The notes under the pieces: generated by a model
What the model was told of the DNA's origin: nothing
Seen by the model: the letters and a program-made list of their open reading frames with translations, nothing else
The model's database searches: none
Made by a program: the position numbers and the translations under genes
Virus record (IMG/VR): IMGVR_UViG_3300049596_000323
Span: 1-64,000 of that record
Length of the DNA: 64,000 bases
DNA from: a virus
Lineage: Duplodnaviria > Heunggongvirae > Uroviricota > Caudoviricetes
Reading direction: 5' to 3' (one strand)
Shown here: positions 28,860 through 38,511 of the stretch, in pieces
How the letters are laid out: every line of letters starts with the position of its first letter
How positions within the stretch are numbered: the stretch's first letter is position 1

Positions 28860-29273
28860 GGGGGTGTACTGGCTTTGACAGACATGAGGCTGGTAGTATC
28901 ACATGCAAGCCTTGGAACAGGTAAACAAGTTCTAAACAATAACCGTAAAGAGTCAATCTGAGCGTGTTGAAGAAGGTGCTAGCATTATTGCTATGGCTTT
29001 CGCTTCTGAGTTAGCATTAGCTGCTTAGTCAACTGGGTGGTAACAACCTGGAAACAGAAAGTTACAAGCGTTTTCTCTATTATGTCAAAATAGAGTGGTG
29101 GTAGATAGCAAACCCTGCGATCCCAACTACTGATTAGAAGTGCTTAGGACTATGTAGTAATACATTGTAATTGCTCTAAGTAAATGTACATGAACAGCTT
29201 CAGATCTAAGCATGTAAGAATGGTATTATTATCACTTGTCTGGACAGGGGTTCAACTCCCCTCACCTCCACAA
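28860..29273 (+). ncRNA. ssrA: tmRNA (transfer-messenger RNA), phage-encoded
   Basis: The 5' GGGGGUG pairs with the 3' CACCUCC through a G3-U wobble, as in E. coli tmRNA. The 5' region carries ACUGGCUUUGAC (like GAUUCGAC). The T-arm is GGACAGGGGUUCAACUCCCCU. An internal tag ORF ends ...AFASELALAA with TAG at 29026-29028. Confidence 0.8.
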
Positions 29274-29296
29274 CATTAACAATTAAAAAACACAAC

Positions 29297-29563
29297 ATGG
29301 CAAAAAGTAAATTAAAGGTAGAAGACATGAATGCTCATTTCTTTATGAGTATACGTGGTAATCATGTAGACATTATATATCATGATGATTCAAATGGTGC
29401 AGGACTTGGTGCTGGATTAGCTAGCGTAATGGAAGAAGATAAAGAATTGCTTAAAATATTCAGTGCTGCATTACTAACAGCTCTTGAAGGAAAAGAGAAA
29501 TATAGTTCTAAAAAGAGCAATAAGTTGCCTAAAACACCAACAAAAGCAGCAAAAAAGAAATAA
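29297..29563 (+). CDS. hypothetical protein with Lys-rich tail
   Basis: 88-aa ORF. Confidence 0.35.
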   Translation: MAKSKLKVEDMNAHFFMSIRGNHVDIIYHDDSNGAGLGAGLASVMEEDKELLKIFSAALLTALEGKEKYSSKKSNKLPKTPTKAAKKK

Positions 29564-29717
29564 ATTTCTAATTTAGTGCATTAAATTACACATTATGAAC
29601 AAATATTTTAGTTATTATGAAGGTTTGTACAAACTAACCAAGTCTAAACAGAGATATTATCTATGGGATATGATTAAATGGTGTATTAAAGAATATATTA
29701 AAACATACAAATAACCT

Positions 29718-29957
29718 ATGAAAACAGCAATATTATTTGCAATAGCAGCAATTGTGTTATTTGCAGCTGGTTATGAAACAGCAAGTTTAAAGAGAGAAAA
29801 TACTCTCCTACAAAACAGAATAGATTCAATATATGATGAACTATATATTAGTAATGTAAACCTTACTAGATATGAAATAGCATTAGAGCTATTAGAAGAA
29901 CAAGACAGTATAGCTGCAGATAAATTTAAGAATATACATACTAACGAAACAGAATAA
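29718..29957 (+). CDS. small membrane-anchored coiled-coil protein
   Basis: N-terminal hydrophobic helix AILFAIAAIVLFAAG. Confidence 0.35.
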   Translation: MKTAILFAIAAIVLFAAGYETASLKRENTLLQNRIDSIYDELYISNVNLTRYEIALELLEEQDSIAADKFKNIHTNETE

Positions 29958-30118
29958 TGGCAATTAAAATAGAACAACAAATTACATTCAATGATTGGGC
30001 ACGCAAGTTTAATGTATCCACACTGTGGGACAATGAACGCTCTGAGAACAGAGAATTCTTAAAGAAATTAGATGAAGTGAGAGCAGTGTATCAATCTAAA
30101 CGAAATAAACGAAACTAA
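29957..30118 (+). CDS. small early protein, paralogue of 27188-27376
   Basis: 53-aa ORF not in the supplied track; ATGA coupling with the previous gene. Confidence 0.3.
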   Translation: MAIKIEQQITFNDWARKFNVSTLWDNERSENREFLKKLDEVRAVYQSKRNKRN

Positions 30119-30120
30119 TT

Positions 30121-30336
30121 ATGAAAAAGAAAACAATAGCTAAACCAGCTAAACAAAAACAATATGTTGTAATGTATGAAAATACAGAAGCATGGGTAGT
30201 AGGTACAAAACAAGATATCATTGATGATTTCAATGAAAATCCTGATACATATTTAGATGCTGACGGTAAACTTGAAATTTATGAATTAGGTGAGCCTATA
30301 AAATTCAGTTTTGTTACACCACAAATAAGCTTTTAA
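30121..30336 (+). CDS. hypothetical protein
   Basis: 71-aa ORF directly upstream of the polymerase. Confidence 0.35.
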   Translation: MKKKTIAKPAKQKQYVVMYENTEAWVVGTKQDIIDDFNENPDTYLDADGKLEIYELGEPIKFSFVTPQISF

Positions 30337-30338
30337 TT

Positions 30339-32291
30339 ATGAACGTACTCATCTATGATATAGAAACCATGCAGGAGCTGTTTCTAGTTTGTATATATAA
30401 TCCTGAAACACAGCAATGGCATGAATTCCAGGTGAGTAAAAATACAAACCAAATTGATGCCTTTGTTAGAATGACAGAAGACTACAAAGACTTCTATTGG
30501 GTAGGTTATAACAATCTACGCTTTGACAGTCAAGTGGTTGAGTGGATCATACGCAATCATCAGAACTGGCATGAAATAGGTGCACTAGATGTATGTGCAT
30601 TGATAGCTCAGAAGGCTGCAGATATAATACATGATGCAAACTATGATGTATTCCCAGAATATAGGGAAGAATGGCTAGCTAATAAGCAAATTGATTTGTT
30701 TAGGGTGAATCATTATGATAATAAGAACAGACGTGTATCATTGAAAAGATTAGAGTTTGAGATGGATCTAGAGAACATTGAAGAGATGCCCATTCATCAT
30801 ACAAAGACTAACATGACAGATGATGAAATAGAACTAACTATTGATTACTGTCGTAATGATATATATGCCACTTATGAATTCTATTTGGTAACAACAGGTG
30901 TCACTGAACATCCATTATATAAGGATAACAATCAGATAGAGCTCAGACAAGATATTGAAGAAGAGTTTAACATACCATGTCTTAACTATTCAGATAGTAA
31001 GATAGGTGATGAAATGATTAAGAAATATTATTGTCAAGAGAAAGGTATACAATATAGTGAACTACCAAAGAAAGGATACTTTCGTAAAGAAGTTAAAGCT
31101 AGAAACTGTATAGCTGATTATGTAACATTCCAGACACCAGAACTACAAGGATTCTTAAAGCATATAAAGAAACAAATCTTTACGCTCACTGATGATTTTA
31201 AAGAGTCATTAGTATTCTATGATAATACATATACGTTTGCTAAGGGTGGTTTACATACAGAGAACAAGCCCAAGATATTTGAAGCTGATGAAGATGTAGA
31301 AATTATTGATTGGGATGTTAGTTCATACTATCCAGCTATTATCATTAACAATGGTCGCTATCCACAGCATTTAGGTAAAGAGTTTCTTAGAGGATACAAA
31401 CAGATGTTTGAGAAGAGACTAGAACTCAAGCCATTAGCTAAGAAAGATAAGAAGATAGCAGGTATTGTTGGAGCGTTGAAGTTAGCAGTTAACTCTGTGT
31501 ATGGTAAAAGCTCTGACATGCAAAACTGGATCTATGATAGACAACTAACCATGTTCACCACTATTACAGGTGAGCTTAGTTTACTTATGCTAATTGAAGC
31601 CTATGAATTAAATGGTATACATGTTATATCAGCTAATACAGATGGTGTTACAGTTCAGATAAAGAAGGAACTATTGCAAAAAATGCATGAGTTAAACAAA
31701 TGGTGGATGGAACTAACTACATATGAACTAGAGCGTACAGATTATGCTAAGATTATATTCTCAACAGTAAATGACTATTTAGCAATTAAAACAAATGGAG
31801 AAATTAAAAAGAAAGGCGATTTCCTCACAGATTTTGAGCTTCATAAAAATAAGTCTGGTCGTGTTATTCCTTTGGCTCTTGAACAGTATTTTGTTCACAA
31901 TATACCTATTGCTGACACTATCACCAATCATAATAATATATATGATTTTGCGTTAAGGCAAAAGGCTAGCAAAGACTTTCATTATGAAGGTGTAGCTGGT
32001 GCTAAAAGAACAGTGTACAATAAGTTGATTCGTTATTATGTATCTAATACAGGAGAAAAGCTCTTAAAGATAAAGAATCCTGATTGTACAACTAATGCTG
32101 CAGATGTGTCACAAGTGGAAGCAGGTGAATGGCTAATGACAGTTTGTAATAAACTAAGCAAAGACCATTCTCTAGATAACATTAACCACGCATATTATAT
32201 AGAGCGTGCTGAGCGTATTGTATATAAGATACAGCTTGAAGGTAAGAAAAGAAAAATTATTGTTAATCCAAATCAATTAAATTTATTCTAA
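30339..32291 (+). CDS. family B DNA polymerase with 3'-5' exonuclease
   Basis: Exo I YDIET, Exo II YNNLRFD, Exo III YCRNDIYATYE; pol motif B KLAVNSVYGK (Kx3NSxYG); motif C SANTDGV. Confidence 0.75.
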   Translation: MNVLIYDIETMQELFLVCIYNPETQQWHEFQVSKNTNQIDAFVRMTEDYKDFYWVGYNNLRFDSQVVEWIIRNHQNWHEIGALDVCALIAQKAADIIHDANYDVFPEYREEWLANKQIDLFRVNHYDNKNRRVSLKRLEFEMDLENIEEMPIHHTKTNMTDDEIELTIDYCRNDIYATYEFYLVTTGVTEHPLYKDNNQIELRQDIEEEFNIPCLNYSDSKIGDEMIKKYYCQEKGIQYSELPKKGYFRKEVKARNCIADYVTFQTPELQGFLKHIKKQIFTLTDDFKESLVFYDNTYTFAKGGLHTENKPKIFEADEDVEIIDWDVSSYYPAIIINNGRYPQHLGKEFLRGYKQMFEKRLELKPLAKKDKKIAGIVGALKLAVNSVYGKSSDMQNWIYDRQLTMFTTITGELSLLMLIEAYELNGIHVISANTDGVTVQIKKELLQKMHELNKWWMELTTYELERTDYAKIIFSTVNDYLAIKTNGEIKKKGDFLTDFELHKNKSGRVIPLALEQYFVHNIPIADTITNHNNIYDFALRQKASKDFHYEGVAGAKRTVYNKLIRYYVSNTGEKLLKIKNPDCTTNAADVSQVEAGEWLMTVCNKLSKDHSLDNINHAYYIERAERIVYKIQLEGKKRKIIVNPNQLNLF

Positions 32292-32641
32292 TGAAAAAAG
32301 AATTTTTACCATATCAAGAATCATTAGACCTTAAAGAACTAGGATTTAATGAGAAGTGTGCTGCACATTATTTAGGAGAAGGAGAAGAATATTTAGAGTT
32401 AAAATGGCTCATATATAGAAATGATTCTATTAATATTAATAATTGTGTACAAGCACCACTTTATCAACAAGCATTTAGATTCTTCAGAGAGAAGTATGAG
32501 TTCACTTATTCTATAGGTAAAACAAATATAGCTGTTATACACTATGGACCAACAACACAATTATTACAAAACAATGATTCATATGAAGCAGCAGAACTTG
32601 CAGCTATCAAATGGTTTATTGATGTAGCTAAACAACAATAA
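32291..32641 (+). CDS. hypothetical protein
   Basis: 116-aa ORF coupled to the polymerase gene. Confidence 0.4.
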   Translation: MKKEFLPYQESLDLKELGFNEKCAAHYLGEGEEYLELKWLIYRNDSININNCVQAPLYQQAFRFFREKYEFTYSIGKTNIAVIHYGPTTQLLQNNDSYEAAELAAIKWFIDVAKQQ

Positions 32642-32642
32642 C

Positions 32643-32831
32643 ATGGACAACAAACATAAAGCAGCAGAACTAGTAATGGAATTCCTACCAATTATAGGAC
32701 AAGATCCATATACAGGTATAGATGTAGCTAAAAAATGTGCTAAAGTAGCTGCAAAACTATTAATGAAAGCAGATCAAGAAGAAGACATCTATGACTACGA
32801 TGAAATAATTAAACAAATAGATACATTCTAA
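32643..32831 (+). CDS. hypothetical protein
   Basis: 62-aa ORF. Confidence 0.3.
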   Translation: MDNKHKAAELVMEFLPIIGQDPYTGIDVAKKCAKVAAKLLMKADQEEDIYDYDEIIKQIDTF

Positions 32832-33085
32832 TGGCAAAGATAAATAGAGAAAATATAGGTAATCATCTAGTTGATTATCAATTAAACATGATTGGTAAGT
32901 CTATGCAAGAAGCATATATGACAAAAGAATGGTACAGTAAATGGACTATGACTTCACAACAACATCAGGAGTTTAAAGCATACGCTATACCATTAATGAA
33001 AAAAGTATTTAAAATAAACAAAGGAAGAGCGGAAGCAAACTTTGACTGGTTTGATTTAGAATTTGGTTTACGTATAAAAGACTAA
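32831..33085 (+). CDS. hypothetical protein
   Basis: 84-aa ORF. Confidence 0.35.
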   Translation: MAKINRENIGNHLVDYQLNMIGKSMQEAYMTKEWYSKWTMTSQQHQEFKAYAIPLMKKVFKINKGRAEANFDWFDLEFGLRIKD

Positions 33086-33088
33086 TTT

Positions 33089-33265
33089 ATGCCTGAACAA
33101 AAATATATAGTAAGACCTGTTCAAGTGGGGCAAAGATCTTCACTTGGAAAAAGGATGATTAATTGGTGGATATTTACTATGATACCTAGAAAAAAGAAAC
33201 ACAGCGGTCCATTCTATTCTAGATGGGACGCACAACAACAATTAGATCAAATTTTAAACAGATAA
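33089..33265 (+). CDS. hypothetical small protein
   Basis: 58-aa ORF not in the track; it fills the gap and ends 2 nt before the next ATG. Confidence 0.25.
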   Translation: MPEQKYIVRPVQVGQRSSLGKRMINWWIFTMIPRKKKHSGPFYSRWDAQQQLDQILNR

Positions 33266-33267
33266 TT

Positions 33268-33828
33268 ATGGGAGCATGTCAATTTAAAGAAAGAAGTACT
33301 GGTAAAACAGCAGAAGAAGCATATAAAAGAGTTTGTGAAATAGCTGAAGATGAATATGGTCATCAAGAAGGATATAATGGTACAATTAGTACTACTCATG
33401 GATTTAGAGATGAAACAGAAGCATATAATAAAAGTAAGTTTAATGATGTATCTACTTACATACGTGACAGATTTGATAGTCATACTATGAACAAACGTGA
33501 TTGTTCAGCTATATGTGTTCTAAAACCTGTTCCTAATAAAAATAAGACTAAGTCTCAAGTGGAGCACATAGTTACACCTGGTACCAAGAAGTGGATACTT
33601 AAGTATTTTGTATATTCTGGTTATGATACTTTTATTGGTGCATATCTTACTAAAGGCGAAGCTGTTACAAAAGCTAGAGCACATACAGAAAAGACAATAG
33701 AATCTACATATATAACAATGGAGAAGGTTCTTGATAAAGCTAATAAGACAGTAGCTAAGATAACATACAAGAAATCCACTACTGAAAGAGATGGAGAGTG
33801 GATATTCTTTGGTTATGCAGCAGAATAA
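33268..33828 (+). CDS. hypothetical protein
   Basis: Start moved to the internal Met (MGACQFKE) to remove the overlap with the upstream small ORF; the longest ORF starts at 33223. Confidence 0.4.
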   Translation: MGACQFKERSTGKTAEEAYKRVCEIAEDEYGHQEGYNGTISTTHGFRDETEAYNKSKFNDVSTYIRDRFDSHTMNKRDCSAICVLKPVPNKNKTKSQVEHIVTPGTKKWILKYFVYSGYDTFIGAYLTKGEAVTKARAHTEKTIESTYITMEKVLDKANKTVAKITYKKSTTERDGEWIFFGYAAE

Positions 33829-33842
33829 TTAAAACTAAACAT

Positions 33843-34073
33843 ATGTCAGGAAAATATCCTTATCACAGACCAATGAGTACAAGGGACATATCCCTAAACA
33901 AACTACCTCTACCTAGTAAAAATATATTAAACACTACACTAGTTACACAAATTGAGGTTGTAGAAGATGGTGTGGTTAAGTATTATAATTGGGATAAGAA
34001 TTCTAAAGTGATAGCTTTATTAGAAGATACACAAAAAACATTACGTATTTACATTAATCATAAAACCAAATAA
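33843..34073 (+). CDS. hypothetical protein
   Basis: Internal Met (MSGKYPYHRP) chosen; the longest ORF starts at 33798. Confidence 0.3.
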   Translation: MSGKYPYHRPMSTRDISLNKLPLPSKNILNTTLVTQIEVVEDGVVKYYNWDKNSKVIALLEDTQKTLRIYINHKTK

Positions 34074-34074
34074 T

Positions 34075-34308
34075 ATGCCAGATATTTCAATGTGCAAAGG
34101 TGGTAGTTGTATGCTAAGACTTACATGCCACAGATATACAGCAACAGCTGATGATTTAGGTCAATCATTTTTCTCAGACCCTCCATATAAAGTGAACATG
34201 ATGCTAGATGAACACAATGCTAATTTAGGTGTTGTAACATTATCTTGTAGTTACTTTTGGAACAATGAAAAATATAAGAAAGATGAAAAAAAACCTACAA
34301 ATAACTGA
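34075..34308 (+). CDS. small Cys-containing protein
   Basis: 77-aa ORF. Confidence 0.3.
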   Translation: MPDISMCKGGSCMLRLTCHRYTATADDLGQSFFSDPPYKVNMMLDEHNANLGVVTLSCSYFWNNEKYKKDEKKPTNN

Positions 34309-34483
34309 GGATTGGGAGCGTGAAGCTCTAAAAGATTTCATATATTTGCATGAAGAAAAACAGTTGATTTCTGATGAAATTCATAGAGAATTACATAGAA
34401 AACCAGCAATAATAACAGTTGTTGACAAACACAATATATTAGACAAACAACATGAACATCACAGTAACGCACTACCATTTTGA
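34265..34483 (+). CDS. hypothetical protein
   Basis: 72-aa ORF; overlaps the previous ORF, so the start is uncertain. Confidence 0.25.
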   Translation: MKNIRKMKKNLQITEDWEREALKDFIYLHEEKQLISDEIHRELHRKPAIITVVDKHNILDKQHEHHSNALPF

Positions 34484-35078
34484 GGAGATTATTAAAGCTG
34501 GCTATACGCTAGATATAATCTATTTCCTTAAACTTGTGGAAGAAGGTGTTGATGTGGAACAAATGTGTTCAGATCCAAAACTACAAATGCTTTGCCAGAC
34601 AGTGAGAAGAAAAGGTTTAATTAGTGAATCTTTTAAGCTCACTGTCATTGGTAAATCTGTATTAGGATTTCTAGATGAAGCTGGTACACCAGAAACAAAG
34701 TTCGTTAAGCAGAAAAAAGATGCTAATGATTTTGATGAGTGGTGGAAAGCTTATCCAGGTACAGACACATTCACACACAAAAAACAACCTTTCACAGGTA
34801 CAAGAAGCATGCGTGTAAAGAAAGATGACTGTAAAGTCAAGCTTTACGCTATTCTAGCTGAAGGTGAATATACTATCAAGGAAATGATAGCAGCATTAGA
34901 ATATGAAGTGCTTCAGAAGAAAGAGAATTCTGTAAAAACAAAGACCAATAGGTTAACGTTTATGCAGAATAGTCTCACGTATTTAAATCAAAGAACATTT
35001 GAGCCCTTCATTGAATTAATTAGAGAAGGTAAAACCGTGGTTGAAGAACCAATAGTAAGAGGAGGAACAGATATATGA
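34452..35078 (+). CDS. hypothetical protein
   Basis: 208-aa ORF. Confidence 0.4.
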   Translation: MNITVTHYHFEEIIKAGYTLDIIYFLKLVEEGVDVEQMCSDPKLQMLCQTVRRKGLISESFKLTVIGKSVLGFLDEAGTPETKFVKQKKDANDFDEWWKAYPGTDTFTHKKQPFTGTRSMRVKKDDCKVKLYAILAEGEYTIKEMIAALEYEVLQKKENSVKTKTNRLTFMQNSLTYLNQRTFEPFIELIREGKTVVEEPIVRGGTDI

Positions 35079-35266
35079 AAAATGAAATTTTGGTATGTGA
35101 AAAATGTGGATCAGCAGATTCTATCCAATTAAAAGTTTGGCAATATGTAAACTCTGGTGAGTTTGCAAGTGACTGTAGTGATGATAGTGGAGATAGATGG
35201 TGTGAAGACTGCGAAGAACACGTTGATTTCACAACACAAGAAGAATTTGAAAAAAGTAAAATATGA
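35075..35266 (+). CDS. zinc-ribbon protein
   Basis: CEKCG...CEDCEEH. Confidence 0.35.
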   Translation: MKNEILVCEKCGSADSIQLKVWQYVNSGEFASDCSDDSGDRWCEDCEEHVDFTTQEEFEKSKI

Positions 35267-36330
35267 GTAGTTTTGACGATTTAAAGAAAGCAGTTCAAGA
35301 CGGTATGGACGGTAGGAACAATGGTATTCCTATGGGCTTTAACAGATTGAACAGATATATAGGCATTAGAAAGTCTATGTATACTCTTGTGGGCGGACTA
35401 ACTGGTTCTGGTAAAACATCATTCATTGATGATGCATATGTACTTAATCCATTTGATTGGTACATAAGCAAAGAGAACAAGACAAACATTAAACTGAAGA
35501 TTATATACAGATCCATGGAGCGTAGTAGAACATACAAGTTTGCTAAATGGGTATCTCGTAAAATATTCTTAGACCAAGGGATAATCATTCCTGTTAATAA
35601 AATGCTTGGTTGGACTGATAAGATGACTCATGACGAACATGATCTATTTCTAATGTATGAAGATTACATGGGAGAGATGAATGAAGTGATGACAATCATT
35701 GATGGTCCAGAGAACGCTATAGGTATTGCTAAGCATCTAAAAGAACATGCATTAGCTAATGGTACAATAGAAGAAATAGATAAATATAACAAGAAATACG
35801 TTCCTAATGATGAGAATGCAGTTACACTTGTTATTGTTGATCATATTGGTCTATTGAAGATTACTAAGGACCAGCCTACAAAAAAGCAAGCTATTGACAA
35901 GATGTCTGATGAGCTAAGATATTCTAGAGATATGTATGGATTTAGTCCAGTGGTTGTTAGTCAGTTTAACCGTGACATCTCTAATCAAATGAGACTAAAG
36001 AATGGTGACGTTGAGCCAAGACTAGAAGATTTCAAAGAATCAAGTTCTACACAGGATGATGCTGATGTTGTATTAGCATTGTTTGATCCTATGAGATATA
36101 AGGTGGCAGACCCATCTGGTTACGATCTTAACAGACTAACAGATGATTTTGGTGCTAAGTATTTTAGATCACTAAGACTAATTAAGAATAGTTATGGTGA
36201 GGATGATGTAAGAATAGGCTTAGGATTCCTAGGTCAAATTGGTATGTTCAAAGAGCTACCAAGACAAAGAGACATGACTGAAGATGACTATAGTTCTGTA
36301 TTAAATAAAACGTATTTCCTAAACAAATAA
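35263..36330 (+). CDS. DnaB-like replicative helicase (RecA-fold C-terminal domain)
   Basis: GIPMGFNRLNRYIGIRKSMYTLVGGLTGSGKTSF matches the DnaB pattern GFxxLDxxxGGlxxGxLiiiAaRPsMGKT; Walker B VIVDHIG. Confidence 0.6.
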   Translation: MSSFDDLKKAVQDGMDGRNNGIPMGFNRLNRYIGIRKSMYTLVGGLTGSGKTSFIDDAYVLNPFDWYISKENKTNIKLKIIYRSMERSRTYKFAKWVSRKIFLDQGIIIPVNKMLGWTDKMTHDEHDLFLMYEDYMGEMNEVMTIIDGPENAIGIAKHLKEHALANGTIEEIDKYNKKYVPNDENAVTLVIVDHIGLLKITKDQPTKKQAIDKMSDELRYSRDMYGFSPVVVSQFNRDISNQMRLKNGDVEPRLEDFKESSSTQDDADVVLALFDPMRYKVADPSGYDLNRLTDDFGAKYFRSLRLIKNSYGEDDVRIGLGFLGQIGMFKELPRQRDMTEDDYSSVLNKTYFLNK

Positions 36331-36333
36331 AAC

Positions 36334-36546
36334 ATGAGAATAACAAGCAAAGTGTACAACACTTTACCAAGCAAAGATAGCCATTGGTGGCAGGTAGTCC
36401 TGATACCAACTGTAGCTATTATGAACAACATACAGGAGTTTGATCCGTATGTAGCAATTAATATAGAATGGTTATTTTGGTCACATACAATAATTATAAA
36501 CCATGGCAACCCTCCAGAAGAACCAGAAGCCTACTTTAAGGGATAA
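36334..36546 (+). CDS. hypothetical small protein
   Basis: 70-aa ORF; overlaps the start of the next gene. Confidence 0.2.
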   Translation: MRITSKVYNTLPSKDSHWWQVVLIPTVAIMNNIQEFDPYVAINIEWLFWSHTIIINHGNPPEEPEAYFKG

Positions 36547-37603
36547 TAGACAGCAAGAATTTGCTAATATATTCTTAGAGCACGGTAAGTTTGGTATTCT
36601 TAATCTATGTCCTAGATTTGGTAAGATTTATACTACCATTAACATACTAGAGAAACTAGATAAGGATATCAATATACTAATAGCCTATCCTGATTTAAAG
36701 ATTAAAACATCTTGGGAAGAGGATTTCAACGCTAGAAAGTATAATAATCCTAATATAACGTATACCACTCATTTATCCATTAAAAAGCACACAGAAGCTG
36801 TTTATGACTTAGTTGTACTTGATGAGATACATTTACTCTCAGAAGCACAAATAGAGGCTGTAAAGGAGCTAAAATGCATAAATGTACTTGGTTTAACTGG
36901 TACGCTATCTAGCTATACAGAGAAAACGCTTAGAGAAGAGCTTGGACTGAATGTATTGGCAGAATATCCAATAGAACAAGCTATTGAAGAAGGTGTTATT
37001 GTAGACTATGAAATAACAGTGGTAACCACTCCTTTAGATGATGTAATTAAATACAACTATAAGGGTAAGTGGAAAACTGAGAAGAAACAGTTTGATGCAT
37101 ATGGATGGGTAATAGATCAAATGGAAAGACAAGGTAAGGCAACTATGTTCTTACGTCTAGCCAGAATGAGAATTGTACAGAACAGTGTAGCAAAGCTTTG
37201 TTTAACTCAAAAACTGTTAGAAAAGCACAGAGATGAACGTGTATTGGTATTCTGTGGTGTCACTAGTATTGCTGATAGTTTAGGCATTCCTGTGTATCAT
37301 TCTAAAGCAGGAGATAAAGAAGTGTTTGAAGACTTTGCTAATGGTGAGGGTAATCACCTTGCTGTTGTAAAGATTGGAAACACTGGTGTTACGTATAAAC
37401 CACTTAACCGTGTGATTATCAATTACTTTGATAGCAATGGTGAAAATCTAGCACAAAAGATTAATAGATGCATGGCTATGGAGTATAATACACCAGACAA
37501 AAAAGCACACATATACATAGTGTGTTCCACGGAAGAAGTGGAAAAGAAATGGCTCAATAAAGCGTTAGAGTTCTTTGACAAAAACAAAATAAAATACATA
37601 TGA
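36503..37603 (+). CDS. superfamily-2 DEAH-box helicase
   Basis: Motif I CPRFGKIYT, motif II VLDEIHLL, motif III GLTGTLS. Confidence 0.55.
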   Translation: MATLQKNQKPTLRDNRQQEFANIFLEHGKFGILNLCPRFGKIYTTINILEKLDKDINILIAYPDLKIKTSWEEDFNARKYNNPNITYTTHLSIKKHTEAVYDLVVLDEIHLLSEAQIEAVKELKCINVLGLTGTLSSYTEKTLREELGLNVLAEYPIEQAIEEGVIVDYEITVVTTPLDDVIKYNYKGKWKTEKKQFDAYGWVIDQMERQGKATMFLRLARMRIVQNSVAKLCLTQKLLEKHRDERVLVFCGVTSIADSLGIPVYHSKAGDKEVFEDFANGEGNHLAVVKIGNTGVTYKPLNRVIINYFDSNGENLAQKINRCMAMEYNTPDKKAHIYIVCSTEEVEKKWLNKALEFFDKNKIKYI

Positions 37604-37812
37604 AAATAGAATTAATTGAAGAGACTTCCATAGGAAGTGGTACTATGTTTTTAGTAAAAATTGATGGTGCCAATATTAAATGGTTTGCACAAAAAACTTC
37701 TGCAGAAGCCTTTTATTTAGAGGTTATAGCTAATCCAGAAATATTAAAACCTAAAATAAATATTTTGAAAACTGATGAAATTAATGTATCTTTGGACGAA
37801 CAAAACAGTTAA
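37600..37812 (+). CDS. hypothetical protein
   Basis: 70-aa ORF. Confidence 0.3.
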   Translation: MKIELIEETSIGSGTMFLVKIDGANIKWFAQKTSAEAFYLEVIANPEILKPKINILKTDEINVSLDEQNS

Positions 37813-37815
37813 AAT

Positions 37816-38487
37816 ATGTCAAGCAAATTAATTGGTATCGTGGGTGCCACTGGTACAGGAAAATCCACATCAATCAAACATTTAGATCCAAAGGAAACTT
37901 ACATCATCAACGTTGCTAAAAAGGAATTACCTTTTAAGGGAGCAGAGAAGTTGTACAATTTGGAGAGCAAGAACTACAAAGAGGTAGATGATGCAATTGA
38001 AATCACAAAGTTATTACGAGTGATTTCAGAAAAAGCTCCTCACATCAAGAACATCATTATTGAAGACTCTAATTACATTATGGGATTCAATATTGTATCT
38101 AAAGCTACAGAGGTTGGTTTTACCAAATTCACTCTAATGGCTAGAGATATGGTGGAACTATTCAGAGAAGCAAGACGCTTACGTGATGATATCAAAGTGT
38201 TCTATTTTACACACCCTGAAACTATTGAAGATGGTGGTGAGATTATAGGATATAAGATTAAAACAGCAGGTAAGTTAATTGATAATCAGATTGTTCTTGA
38301 AGGTTTGTTAACTGTGTGCTTATACACACATGTTGAAGACAACAAAGATGGCTCAGCTAATTATAATTTCTTAACTAATCGTTTTAGAAAGTATCCAGCT
38401 AAGAGTCCAGACGGTATGTTTACAGAAGTAAAGATTCCAAACAATTTACAATCAGTTGTAAATGCAATAGACGAGTATTATAATTAA
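37816..38487 (+). CDS. Sak4-like RecA-fold ATPase (AAA_24-type)
   Basis: N-terminal Walker A IGIVGATGTGKST; Walker B-like IIIEDSN; about 220 aa. Confidence 0.45.
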   Translation: MSSKLIGIVGATGTGKSTSIKHLDPKETYIINVAKKELPFKGAEKLYNLESKNYKEVDDAIEITKLLRVISEKAPHIKNIIIEDSNYIMGFNIVSKATEVGFTKFTLMARDMVELFREARRLRDDIKVFYFTHPETIEDGGEIIGYKIKTAGKLIDNQIVLEGLLTVCLYTHVEDNKDGSANYNFLTNRFRKYPAKSPDGMFTEVKIPNNLQSVVNAIDEYYN

Positions 38488-38511
38488 TCATAAACAAAAA
38501 CAGAGAAAACA

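Noticed and set aside
30339-32291. Protein-primed (phi29-like) replication implied by the small family-B polymerase
   Set aside because: A DnaG-like primase and a DnaB-like helicase are present. No terminal-protein gene or terminal inverted repeats can be assessed inside a single window.
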